Source: Iphione sp. A-MEVVRFRX5 (Eukaryota). From it: 64,000 nucleotides of DNA. Of the stretch, positions 13,341 through 25,715 are shown one piece after another. The notes beneath the pieces were generated by a model, which was not told where the DNA came from, did not search any database, and worked only from the letters and a program-made list of their open reading frames with translations. Location: assembly GCA_976226885.1 (NCBI GenBank), contig OZ320319.1, positions 19,282,001 to 19,346,000 of the forward strand. The letters are read 5' to 3'. Position 1 is the first letter of the stretch. Each line of letters begins with the position of its first letter. Position numbers and translations under genes: made by a program.

Positions 13341-13871
13341 GTAATATCTGTGATGAATGAAGTGGCTGATCAGCTCGGACCAATCGAGGTGCTCATCAAT
13401 GCTGCCGGTATCCATGACGACCGACTGCTCGCCAGGACCACAGTCTCAGACATACACGAGCTGCTCAACGTCAACCTGGTTGGCACCATGCTCACATGTA
13501 AGGCGGTCATACGCAGCATGATGCAGCAGAAGTCTGGATGCATCATCAACATAGGAAGCATAGTGGGCAGTAAGGGCAATGCCGGACAGTGTGCATACAG
13601 TGCCAGCAAGGCTGGTATTGAGGGTTTCACCAAGTCCTTGGCAAAGGAGGTAGCAACACGTGGCATCAGGGTGAACTGCATTAATCCTGGGTACATCAGG
13701 ACGGACATGACGGCTGCCTTGGAGGGAAACGCCAGTCTGCTCAAACAGATCCCACTGCAAAGAATGGGAGAAGCTGAGGAGGTAGCACAGGTTGCGCGGT
13801 TCCTGCTCGATGCCACGTACATCACAGGACAAACCATATTCGTGGATGGGGGGCTGCAGATAAACCACTGA
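13341..13871 (+). CDS. CBR4: Carbonyl reductase 4, coding exon 2 (240 aa total)
   Basis: ctttctgcag|GTA phase 0. Contains LINAAGI, IINIGSIVG, catalytic YSASK and ITGQTIFVDGGLQ, matching vertebrate CBR4 motifs. Confidence 0.93.
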   Translation, partial: VISVMNEVADQLGPIEVLINAAGIHDDRLLARTTVSDIHELLNVNLVGTMLTCKAVIRSMMQQKSGCIINIGSIVGSKGNAGQCAYSASKAGIEGFTKSLAKEVATRGIRVNCINPGYIRTDMTAALEGNASLLKQIPLQRMGEAEEVAQVARFLLDATYITGQTIFVDGGLQINH

Positions 13872-13976
13872 GTGTGATACCAGGATAAGGAAGCGACTGT
13901 AGAGGGAAAGATAGGACATAAAGGCCCTGAAAAGGGGGGTAGGTTGAACGGTTAGAAATCTTCTGTCATCATTATC

Positions 13977-14110
13977 AATGGAGGTCACATCTGCGTTTAC
14001 CATGTGCGGTAGCAGATGGTGTGACCTCCATTACTAGAGCGGGGAAAACGCGAAAATGGGGGAGGAGCCTGTTGTTTGATCTTCGCGCCGGCATGGAGGC
14101 TCGGCCTCCA
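13977..14110 (+). other. Candidate Helentron 5' terminus: long hairpin plus second short hairpin
   Basis: AATGGAGGTCAC...ATCTGC/GCAGAT...GTGACCTCCATT (13977-14032) and TGGAGGC-TCG-GCCTCCA (14094-14110). Both are conserved at 9167-9226 and 9289-9305. Confidence 0.7.
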
Positions 14111-15136
14111 AGTACGACTAAGCTTTCGGTTACGATTTGTCATGTAATCTTTCGTAATGCCCCCATGAAGGGTTGAAGTGTTGCCTGGGCGGTTTTGTGG
14201 GAGTGCAGATGTTGTGCGCTCCTGGTGAGCGGGAGGGACGCGGGTGGGAGCTGGAGTGCAGATGTCGCGCGCTCCTCGTGACCGAGAGTGACGCGGTTGT
14301 GTGTGCACAGTTGCGTAATGATGAGAGGTCCAGCGTGATTGACACGTTTATGGGAGGAGACGAGGGTTTAGGAGGATTTCTGGCGCTGGTTGAGCGACCG
14401 GAAGGAGTGACCCGGCTGTTTCAGGTTGAAGCGTCGTTGTGTTACTATGGTGATGAAGTGGAGGCTGTAACGGAAGGAAGTTAGGTGCGAGTGGAGGCCG
14501 TAGCGGTAGAAAAGTTCGCGGGACATTCAAAAGCAGTTGTTTTATCGGCGTTTTTGTTATACTTAATTGTACTGGTCTGTATTCTTTTTAAATGTTTACC
14601 GGCTCAAATTCAATTTTTTAACAAATCGAGTTAATAAACACTTCCAGTTATAAGTGAGAATTAAATATAGTTATTTGTGTGAAGTCGAAACTAGTTTCAA
14701 GTGATGAAAGAATTACAGTAGATGTTTGGAAAGGTTAGTTGAATTAAGGATCGTAGCAGCTGTGCGTGTACTGAACGATTTGGGTTAGTGTACGTGTTTA
14801 TTTTTGGTTCAGGGGAGGGAGAACTTGACTCTGACTGGTCCGGCCGAAACAGGTTGCAACAAGTAGGAGGGCTGCCGGGTATGCACGTAACCTTGGGGTG
14901 CGAGCCGAGGTGGATCCGTCGGCAGGTTGTTGTTCCATCCGGTAATGCGAATGATTACTTGCCTTGGGGACGAAAAATCCTCAAGGTATTTCATTGCCAT
15001 TTGGTGCTTGTTACAGTAAAAAGGGAGAAGTAGGAGTTTGTGAATGTTTCGGGAAGACTGTTGGTGTATGTAGTTTTGCAATGCATTAGCGGGTATGAAA
15101 CACAAATGACATCTATTGAAGCATTTCGATTCGTTA

Positions 15137-15219
15137 GCGCTGCCATCTGGTGTCAAAGTGGCTAACTATGGTGAAATGTCAAAGTGTCCACTTCGATTGG
15201 TCAGTGCTGCCATCTAGTG
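15137..15219 (-). promoter_or_regulatory. Two tandem CTCF-like motifs in a ~67-bp duplication
   Basis: Reverse complements are CACCAGATGGCAGCGC (15137-15152) and CACTAGATGGCAGC (15206-15219), matching the CTCF core. Confidence 0.5.
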
Positions 15220-17898
15220 TTGAAGTGGCGAACTATTGGGAAATGTCAAACTGTTTGATTTTTGCCAATGTTTGTTTGAAGTGAACTTTGCAAAGTTTGA
15301 GATAGGTTTTAACTTTATGGTTCCATTCGTGTGTGTTTGAATGTGGTGTATGTAATCGTTAATGTCTTATATTTGGTGTTGCAGGGTTTGCTAAAGAGGT
15401 ACCTCGGTTTGTATGTGAAAACGTTAGTAATAAGATGCTCGAGTTGGTAATTGAAGTAGATGTTAAGTGGTAATTGTGTTTCTGTTATGTTGTGTTCTAA
15501 TAGGATGTTAAGGTGTTTATATAGGTTAAGGACACAGTATAGTGTGTATTAGTTTCAAGATGAGTGTCATACGAGTGTCAGTTTGAGGGAGTGTTTTGTG
15601 TGATATTGTAAGTGCCTTGAGATATATTAAAAGCAGCAGGAGATATTGTGTACTAGTTTTTATTTGAATAAGTGCAGCACTTGGGGGATGATAGGAACAG
15701 AGCAGGTGTCGGTGACATCGAGATACTTTTCGATCGCTGGTACAAGTGTGTATGTTATGAGTCAACGTGGTTGGCGCCGGTATACGTTGTTTCTGAAACA
15801 TGGAAGTATAATCGAGGAGTAGTTTGTACAAGGTATAGTTGAATGGTAAAGCTAAAAATCAAATTACTCTAGATAATTGAAGTTTTGGTTTTCCCGTGTT
15901 TACTGGTAGGTTGTTGCAGTTATGCTAGGTTGTATCAGTTAAACTGGTGTTAGTTCGTCCATTTTCCACCAGAGTTGATTGAGTTAAGCTATCATTAGTT
16001 CGTTTATTCTCCACCAGACTCGATCGTGGTGTTTACGTTCATGAGGTGGAGGTTTGGCGGAGAGATTTAATAAAATGGCTTTATGTGTATTTGTGAGAAT
16101 ATGCAGTAGTGTAAGTTCTGTAGTGTATGTAAATAATGATTAAGATAACTCATAAAATGGAAAATATAAGTATTAACTGGAAAGTATATAGATCTCTGCA
16201 AATGAGTTCTAAAGACACCACTTGCATGTTCGGTTAAGTTGTATATACTGCTTTGTATGGTTCGGTTTGACATGTTTTCCGGGATGGCTTCTCCCTTGGT
16301 TCGTTGGAGGGCTGCCCGGACACTTAGTGTTTAAGGACGGATTCCACTTGGATTGCCCAGGTCCGGTAGTACTCTGCGTGGTGTTGCCGGCAATTTTTGT
16401 ATAGGGTCGCTGTGATTAGCGGCCTGACAATGAATTAAAGATAAACTTCTTAACTGCAGTGTTACACGTATGAAGTTGTAATATTGTGTACCTGCGTCGT
16501 GAATTACAGGCGCATAATGGAGATTGTCATTGAAGAATTATAAAGTAATTCTGTTTGTGTATCGCAAGGCCCTTGTGTTGTATTACAAAGGGCAAAATAT
16601 ATATGCAGAGGTGATTAACAATGGACGTAAACGAGTAAAGCAAGTTCGATGAAGTTGTACGTGTTCTGAAATTTGAATATTGTTTTAGACCATATTATAA
16701 ATGTTCAGAGTGAATTTGTGAATTGATATTGTGGTAGAATAGTGCAAGCCATAAGTGTGTAGCTGCGGCTATCTATTACAAGTGTGAGGTGATATGATGG
16801 ATGAATGTATAAAGTACAAGAATGCAATAAACGTTTTTCATGAAATTGTTGTATTTGTTGTTTGTTTAGTGTAGTTGTAAGCGGTACGTATTAGTCTGTA
16901 AATGGAATGTATGGAACATCACTTAACATATTTGAACATTGTTCGAGTTTAGTATGGAACATTACTTAATGTAATTGAAGATTGTTCGAGTCTAGTATTA
17001 TCGGAATAATGCATAAGTCGGCGTCAATTTTGTGTGAGTTTTGGGGTTTGGTGGGTAGAATTTGTCAATCACTCAAGGCGTTATCGATAAGGGATCATGG
17101 TGTTAAGGAACAAGAATGTAAATTAGGTTCGAGACTAATGGTTTGGTGGTTACATATACGTTTTGTTTTGGTGTTTTGTAAAATTGGTATGATGTAAATA
17201 TATAGGTTATGTGGCAGATATCAATAATTGGAAGTTTACTACAATGAAGTCAGTATGGGTTTTCATTGCAGATAACTAGATTATGAGGTTAATATAAAAG
17301 TCAAGTAAGCGTTAGGTTGGGAGTAAGTGTAAATGTGTAGTGTATTAACATTGACGGGATTGGTTTTTCGGTGAGAAGTCAACAATATGTTTAGAGTTGC
17401 AACCAGTGTATACAAGAAAGATTATAGCACGTGGAAGATGATGGTGTGAGGACATCTAATCGAGACGGCAGGAAATGTAGTCATCAGTAGCATCTTCAGT
17501 CATGCGATCGTCGGAGGTATGGTGCGGATTCAGGTTTCACAGCAATAAACTTTGTTTTGGAAGAAATAGTGTTTAGTTTATCTTTAAGTTATAGAAGGAA
17601 TTCGTAACGGAATTTTGGAAATTCTATTCTTTCTCAGCTAGTTGCATAATGCAATAAGTTATATACGATTTGTGTTTTAGTTTTTTTCAAGTGATTTGGT
17701 TTGGTTTTACTACTAATGGTAATATTCAAATAGATGTTTTAAAAATTGCAGATAGTGCGCCTTTTTGTTCTGGAAAACGTAGTGGTAAAGTTCCTTCTAA
17801 ATTCGCGTAGGCGCAGGAATGGTAATAGATAGAAGTAGCTGTAGTAGGCAAAGTAAGAGCTACAAGTCGTATTAGTTTTAGATCGGAATGACATATGG

Positions 17899-18628
17899 TA
17901 CTATGGCGTATTTCTAAGGTTTACATAAAACTGAGCAACGATGAAGTGGAAGATATGTGGTTTTTATTCAGAGAAACGAATTATTGAGGTTATTAGAATG
18001 GTTTTACATACAAAAAAACGTATACAGTAGTAGATGTTGGTGACACAGTTGTGTATAGTCGATACAGAATTTAAAGTAAGGCCTAAACAAAAAATATCTG
18101 TGTTTCCGGTAACCCGACCGACCCTTCATTAGACTCTATTGTGATATTTTTTTTTTTCTTGTTTTTTGAATAACTTTGGCATGAATAATGATAGAGACAT
18201 GTTCTATACCTCAAATTGTTCTTTAGTTTTCTGGCTTCCATTTGACATATGTTTTCTTAAAAATCTAACCAGTATAAGTAATATTGCCATACACATCTGT
18301 TGCTTTCAGCGTTCTTTTACAGTGAAAAATAAAGAAAAAAAAAATATGTGATGTACCGACCGACCCTGTATTTTTTTAGCCTGTTACCGGAAACACAGAA
18401 CTTTTTTTTGTAGGCCTAAGGCGTAGTACAAAGTACTATGGCGTATTTCTAAGGTTTACATAAAACTGAGTAAAGATGAAGTGGAAGATATGTGGTTTTT
18501 ATTCAGAAAAACGAATTATTGAGGTAATTAGAATGCTCTTACATACCAAAAACCGTATACAGTAATAGATGTTGGTGACATAGTTGTGTACAGTTGATAC
18601 AGAACTTAAAGTAAGACGTAGTACAAAG
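17899..18628. repeat. ~195-bp tandem duplication interrupted by a MITE
   Basis: tactatggcgtatttctaagg... occurs at 17899 and 18434. The units align end to end once 18080-18419 is removed. Confidence 0.9.
18080..18416. mobile_element. PIF/Harbinger-type MITE (337 bp)
   Basis: TIRs GGCCTA...TCTGTGTTTCCGGTAAC / GTTACCGGAAACACAGA...TAGGCC, with a TAA target-site duplication (18077-79, 18417-19). Confidence 0.85.
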
Positions 18629-20169
18629 AACAAATCAAGATGTAATACAATTGTTTGGCAATAAGTAGTAAAGCACATATATGCAACGCGTCAAGCGAAA
18701 CACCACATTTGACAACACCGGGAATAGAAACTTCAGTAGGTATTCAGTCCAACATTGAAACAGGGTTGGTTATGTTCAATATGTGATAAAGTACCAGTAG
18801 GTGCGGTTCAGTGTACGTCATTGGTTGGCGGTAGCGCCAGGCGTCAATTTAGTTTTATATGTATTAACCGAGGTGTGGGTTTGGGGGATAACTTGATAGT
18901 AATGTAATAGTATAAAATAGAGCTTGTCTAGTGGGAGTACGCGAGGTTGTGAACAGGTAATAGAAGGTGCTGAAACAGGAAAGTGGTCTCAGGGTCAGGC
19001 GTATTGCACCAAACCATTGTTAAGGAAGGATAGTGTTGTAACTCATTGAATGAATCGTATGTACATATCGTCCTTATGAAATAACAATATAAGAGACTCA
19101 GTAAACGGAGCATAGAGTACCGCAAACATATAGTATATATTTACAATCGGTAGAAAAGTTCGTTGGCAAGGTGTTGTGTGTGATATTTTACATGACACCA
19201 CCTATGCAGTGTTTCTATGTGTTTTTCAACTTCGCAGAAACTGAAAACAGTATTTGTAGTTCTTGGTGTACTAGATACTTGCTAGGAAGTCGTACTAAAT
19301 TTGGATACTACATTGTGTAATCGTTGGTCATCGTAGTTCAACTAAGTTTTAAGTGAGCTTAGTTTTGTTCACCATTGAATGAATTTTTGAATTGTACAGT
19401 GCATTCAAAGATGTATATGACGATATACTAAATATTCAGGGAGTATTAAGTATATTGAACAGTTTTAGAAGCTTCTTGAAGTCTAGAGTAGTTTTATAAG
19501 GTGGGGCGCATTTAGTTAGTAATAACAAGTGAGGTTACTGTTTTCACGTTGAAGGAATGTTTTTGTATTGTACAGTCTTTGCAAAACGTTTTTCAGAATA
19601 GAGTAAATACACAGGAAGTTGTAGTAAAGTGATTAAATACTATAAGCTGATACAAGTGGAGAGTGTTATTAGTGGGTTGGGTGATGTTCAATAGGTCGGT
19701 CGGTGAAGGGTAGTGTTGTTTTGCATGAATCAAAGTGTAAAAAATTACAGCGTTGCATAGGTTAGTATATAAGATAAAGTGTAAGGAGAGGGAGTAAAGG
19801 AGTCTGGCGAACATTTTCAGAAGGTGATAAGAAAGGCGTGAGGTGTTCGTGTGTGTTAGGCATAGAGTACCTAAGTGATGTTACAGTTAAGGATATTGGT
19901 GTTGTTTTCAATGTTGTGTATGTATTGTGTTTGAGGGGTTTCACCAGAAACAAAAAGTGAAGGAGGAGTTTGTGGAGTTAGGTTAACGGTAACCTGAAGC
20001 TACTCTCACTTGAAATAGGTTTGTATGAATTTGGTGGAGCAAAGGCCAAACTCAAATTGTGGGTAGTCGCGTCGCTAGTAATGAGTTGGAATAGTAGTCT
20101 TTGTATATATCTATATATAAATTCAGAGGGAAATTTTATAGGAAGCAATGTAGCAGCTTAGTGCAATAG

Positions 20170-21350
20170 TGTGTAAGACAGGAATAGGGTTCCAGTTTGG
20201 ATTCGGGATGATAGGTGGAGGCGCAACAACAGTTCCCTTTGTTTTGGTCGAATCAATAAAAGTTGATCGATATATAGGCAGGAATTGGGTCTTGTTTGGA
20301 AACGGGATGATAGGTGGAAGCGGAACAACAGTTGTTGTTGTATTGGTCGAATCAATAAGAGTTGATCGATATATAGATAGGAACCGGGTTCCAGTTTGGA
20401 AAGGTGATGATACGTGTAAGGGCAACAACAGTTGTTTTTGTATTGTGTTGAATTAACAAATGTTGACAGATATAGTCTTTTGTCATGGTGGGTGTGTTTG
20501 TTGGTTATTGTAGTTGAACAAAGTCTTAAGTGAACTTAGTTTTGTTCACCATTGAATGAATTTCTTTGTGTCATACACTGTTTTCAAAGTTGTCCAGAAG
20601 AGATAGTAAATATACAGGGAGTATTAAGAAGTAGAAGGAGAGGCTCCAACATTGGATGACTGACCTGTCGAATCAATAAGAGTTAATAGATATATAGACA
20701 GGAATACGGTTCCAGTTTGGAAATGGGATGATAGGTTGAAGCCAGGAACAGTAGTAGGAGAGGCCCCAACATTGGATGACTGTGAACTTAGTTTTGTTCA
20801 CCATTGAATGAATTTCTTTGTGTTGTACACTGCTTTCAAAGTTGTCAAGAAGAGATAGTAGATACATAGAGAGTATTAAGAGGTAGAAGGAGTGGCCCCA
20901 ACATTGGATGACTGACCTGTCTAATCAATAAAAGTTGATAGATATATAGACAGGAATACGGTTCCAGTTTGGAAATGGGATGATAGGTTGAAGCCAGCAA
21001 CAGTAGAAGGAGAGGCCCCAACACTGGGTGACTGTAAACTTAGTTTTGTTCACCATTGAATGAATTTCTTTGTGTTGTACACTGTTTTCAAAGTTGTCAA
21101 GAAGAGTTAGTAAATATACAGAGAGTATTAAGAAGTCAAATGAGAGGCTCCAACATTGGAAGACTGCATGTGCTGAACCAATAAAAGTTGACAGATATAT
21201 AGACGGGAATTGGGTTCCAGTTTGGAAATGGGATGGTAGGTGGAAGTGTAGCAACAGTTGGTGCTCAAGTCGAATCAATAAAAAATGATAGATATACCTT
21301 GTTGTCCGTGCGGGTGTGTAAGCGTTGGTCATTGACTTGAAGTAATTTTA
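20170..21350. repeat. Composite tandem array: ~99-bp units, then ~252-bp higher-order units
   Basis: aggaat..ggttccagtttgg occurs at ~20180, 20280, 20379, then at 20700, 20952, 21204 interleaved with a ttagttttgttcaccattg block. Confidence 0.9.
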
Positions 21351-21377
21351 AGTGGGTTTAGTTTTGTTCAAAGTTGA

Positions 21378-22145
21378 ATGAAGTTTTTGTATTGTACAGT
21401 GTTTCTAACGTTGTACATGAAGATATAGTAAATATATAGAGAGTATTAAGAAGTAGAAGGAGAGGTCCCAATATTGGAAGACTGCATGCATTTAGTTTGC
21501 TGGACTCTATTGCACATACAATGGGACCCCTAATGTTAAGAACTACGCTCATTGTAGAGTTTTTACAAGAATAAGACCACAATGTGGAGGAGTGGACCAG
21601 TTTGCTGAAAAGGAGCAGTGGACAGGAAGTCAATGAAGTTTTTGTATTGTACAGTGTTTCTAACGTTGTACATGAAGATATAGTAAATATATAGAGAGTT
21701 TTAAGAAGTAGAAGGAGAGGTCCCAACATTGGAAGACTGCATGCATTTAGTTTGCTGCACTCTATTGCACATACAATGGGACTTCTAATGTTGACAACTA
21801 TGCTCATTGTAGAGTTTTTACAAGAAGAAGACCACAATGTGGAAGAGTGGACCAGTTTGCTGAAAAGGAGCAGTGGACAGGAAGTCAATGAAGTTTTTGT
21901 ATTGTACAGTGTTTCTAACGTTGTACATGAAGATATAGTAAATATATAGGGAGTATTAAGAAGTAGAAGGAGAGGTCCCAACATTGGAAGACTGCATGCA
22001 TTTAGTCTGCTGCACTCTATTGCACATACAATGAGACTTGTTGACAAGTACGCTCATTGTAGAGTTTTTACAAGAAGAAGACCACAATGTGGAGGAGTGG
22101 ACCAGTTTGCTGAAAAGGAGCAGTGGACAGGAAGTCAAGTGGAAG
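21378..22145. repeat. 255-bp tandem repeat, ~3 copies
   Basis: gaagtcaatgaag occurs at 21626 and 21881. The ORF track shows an 85-aa period. Confidence 0.92.
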
Positions 22146-23601
22146 TCAGTTGGACGGACTGAAATAGAAGGAAAGGTCCCAACATTGGACGACTGCATGC
22201 AATTCGTTAATTGCACTGTACTTTACATCCAATGGGACTTTCAACCTTGACAATTTTACTTTCGAGAGCTTTTACAAGTAGAAGACCATACCAGGAGCAG
22301 TATGCTAACATTTTCCATTTAATACAATGGGATTTTGAACCTTGACAACTTTTGTTTTGTAGAGTTTCACAAGAAGAAGACCACAATGTGACAGAGTGGA
22401 AGAGTTTTTGAAAAAGGAGTACAGGATGCCAACAACTCATAGTACGTTGACAGAAAGATTGTAAGCATTAAGTGAGTTTGCACTGTACTGTATATACAAT
22501 GGGACGTCTAACTTTGAAAGTTTCAATTTTTAGGTAATTGTTTCTTAACTATGTGAGTCGGACAATTTGCATACATGGCGTCTTTTTGACTTGCTGTATT
22601 ATATCAGGGACGAAGAATTATTACTGAAGTCAAAGAAGGACCACGTTGTGGAAGAGTCGGCTAAAATAGAAGGAGCAGACATCGATGTGGAGGAGTCAGT
22701 TGGTCACAAAGAGGTAGAACATATGGACGTAGACCATAATGTGGAAGAGTCGGCTGAAAAAGGAGCTGCAGACATTCATGTGTAGGAGTGACTTGCTCAG
22801 AAAGAGGGGGCAGCAGACTTTGATTAGGAGTAGTTGTTGGTATAAAGAAGAAGAATACTCTCATGTGGAAGAATCAACTTGTGGAAGGCGGATTGTGTTT
22901 ATTTTATGGGTACTTATGTGTTAAGTGTTTGTGTTTGTGGGTTCCGGGTTTTGTCAATGAAAGATTTACCATTTGCCCAACAGTCTGGTGTAGTACACAT
23001 GACATATATGTGAAAATCTACCAAGAGAAACCATGAAAAACAGCGGAAATATATGTGGTGAAGAAGAATTTGTTCGTTAGAAAGTGTAGTAGGAAGATGG
23101 TTATGGGTAGACCTGTTTAAGTATATGTGTGTAAGTTTTTGGGGTGTTACTGTTGGCGAACAAATAGTATAAGAGATGGTATGTACACCAATAACTGGCA
23201 GTTTGCTTAATTAACCAGTATCGGTTTGTTTTTGTTACATGTTGTAGTTGTGTTTAACTCATTGGATACTTTTTTGTTTTTATCTAGGGAGTGCGGTGGG
23301 TTAAGGATTTGTTGTCAAAGAAAGATTTTACTATCGGCTAAAAGATTCATGTAAAACATACGATACATATCTGAAGATTTACCAGGAGAAACCACGAAAA
23401 ACAGTGGTAATTATTGTTCAAGAAGAACTTGTATGTTACAAAGTTTAGTAGGAGAATGGTTATGGGTACCTTTGTTAAGTGTATTTGTGTATTTATGGTG
23501 TACTACATTGGAAAACAACTTTTAAAACAAGGTATGTACACAAAGTCACCTGGTAATATATACTACGAAGGCAGTCGGTCGTGATAAAATAGTTACGCTT
23601 C

Positions 23602-23982
23602 ACTGTGTCACATGTTTGAGTTTTGTCAAACTCATCGCACACATTCTTGTTCCAATGTAGGGAGTGTGCGAGGATGTGTAAGCAGCAGATATAATTGAGG
23701 GACATGTTGTGTGTATGGATGTTTAGTGTTGTAGAATAGTTACTGTGTCACATGTTCGAGTTTTGTCGAACTCATCGCACATATTCCTGTTCGAATCGAG
23801 GGAGTGTGCGAGGATGTGTAAGCAGTAGATATAATTGTTGAGGGACATGTTGTGTGTATGGATGTTTAGTGTTGTAGAATAGTTACTGTGTCACATGTTC
23901 GAGTTTTGTCGAACTCATCGCACACATTCTGTTCGAATCGAGGGAGTGTGCGAGGATGTGTAAGTAGTAGATATAATTGTGG
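23602..23982. repeat. ~140-bp tandem repeat, ~2.7 copies, with internal hairpins
   Basis: actgtgtcacatg occurs at 23602, 23742 and 23885. Confidence 0.92.
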
Positions 23983-24369
23983 AATAGGTCGTGTGCTGTA
24001 TGTTTCATGTAGTAAAAAGTATGTTTCATGGTATGTATACTGAATACAGCAGTTGATAGGTAGGAAATAGAGGTTATGCAAGGATATTGTATGTTAAGTA
24101 GTTTTGTTGTGAGGACAAAAGGTTTCTGTATTATTATACTTTATGGGTTTTAAGGTGTTTGCTGGTGTTTCTAGTGTAGTATAGAAATGAGGTGAGGACG
24201 GCAAGTTAAATGCAATTCAAATGAAGACAATGATATTTTATATAATTTGTGGAATTTCGAACGAAGTGTAGGCACGAAGTTGTTCAGGACGAGAAGAAGG
24301 CTGTAATGGATATGAATGAACTGGCAGAACACCATTTATATTAGTAAAAGTATTAAGCAAAATATGACC

Positions 24370-25420
24370 ATTTGTGTAATAAAGGTAGGTGGGACAGTAG
24401 TACACCTGATAAGTGTAAGCTGGAGTTCATAATATAGTACATCTTTGCTAAAAGTGAACCAAGGGATGAAAACGTAAAATGGAGTGTAAAGGCTTAATGA
24501 AAGAAAGTGTGATGATATTTAATTTGACAAGTGTAGGAAGGGGTATCTGGTAATGAGTTTTTTATGTAAACGTGAACCAAAGGATGAAATTGTATAACCA
24601 AGTCTACAGCGTAATAGAGTGCAATAAGCGTAGTAGTATAAAAGGAATGTGGTAGTACGAGGCGAAAGACATAGTGCATAAATGCTTAGGAGTATGACAA
24701 GAACAGGATCAGAAGGAAGTTGCAATGGGCATGAATGAATTGTCGCTTTCTAGTAACTGGTACTAGAAAGCGACAGCAAGATGTAAGTTTTAGTGTAATG
24801 AAGGGAGGTGGGATGGTGTTCGTTTGATAAGTGTAATTCGGATACCACGGAGATGGAAGTTTTAGTGTAATTAAGGGAGGTGGGACGGTGGTACATTGGA
24901 TAAGTGTAACTTTGAGTACACGATATAGTTTTAGTTATTGTAAAAGTGAAAGAAGGGACCAAAACGCAAAATGGAGTCTAGATGCGTAATGAAGGGAAGT
25001 GAGTGGTTTCGTTTGGCACGTGTAAGCTGGAGTATACCATATAGTTTTAGTTGTGTTATCTACGAGTTAATGTAGAGACTGTAGTGATAACTGAGGCATA
25101 GTGTAACGAAGGTAAGTGGGACGGTATTATATCTGACAAGGTTAAGTTGAGTACACGATGTAGTTTAGTTCCGATTTAAAAGTGAACCAAGGGGACAAGG
25201 ATTTTAGTGAAAGAATTAGAGATTAAGAACCGGTCGAGAAGAAGGTTGCAATGAATATTGTTCAACTCGCATAATACTAGTAACGTGCACTGGAATGTGT
25301 CAGGTAAAATCTAGGCTTCAGCGTATGAAGGAAATTGGGATTGTATTTTCCTGACTAGTGTAATATGAAGTATATGATATAGTTTTAGTTTTTTCCTAAA
25401 AGTGAACTAAGGGATAAGGA
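24370..25420. repeat. Diverged array of gggaggtgggatggt...gataagtgtaa / aaaagtgaaccaaggg modules
   Basis: Related motifs at about 24382, 24803, 24875, 24994 and 25109. Confidence 0.7.
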
Positions 25421-25494
25421 TTGAGTGTATTCATGAGAGAAAAAATAGCTGTGAAGGTAGCCCAAGAATGTGAGTTGGATTATTACAGCATTCT

Positions 25495-25715
25495 GTAGAG
25501 GTAGGGAATTTAGGAGATAGTCTGAAGAAGGCATTGATCAAAGAAGCATTGGCATTGATACTTAGGAACTTGAACAATGTAAGGGAAAAATTTATGCAGG
25601 AGCATAACATTCGGTAGAGGTAGGGAATTTAGGAGATAGTCTGAAGAAGGCATTGATCAAGGAAGCATTGGCATTTATACTTAGGAACTTGAACAATATA
25701 AGGGAAAATCCATGC
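25495..25715. repeat. 119-bp tandem duplication (diverged third copy near 25980-26060)
   Basis: gtagaggtagggaatttaggag occurs at 25495 and 25614. Confidence 0.9.

Noticed and set aside
13370-14003. Minus-strand ORFs overlapping CBR4 exon 2
   Set aside because: Antisense shadows of a real coding exon.
13952-14032. Canonical Helitron 3' end on the - strand (hairpin then TTTCTAA)
   Set aside because: No following T target nucleotide. The HINE architecture and Rep orientation favour a + strand 5' end.
21358-22047. 229-aa ORF
   Set aside because: It is the translation of the 255-bp tandem repeat; no protein-family signal.
20170-25715. CRISPR-like arrays
   Set aside because: Units are contiguous tandem repeats without unique spacers, no cas genes are present, and the context is eukaryotic.
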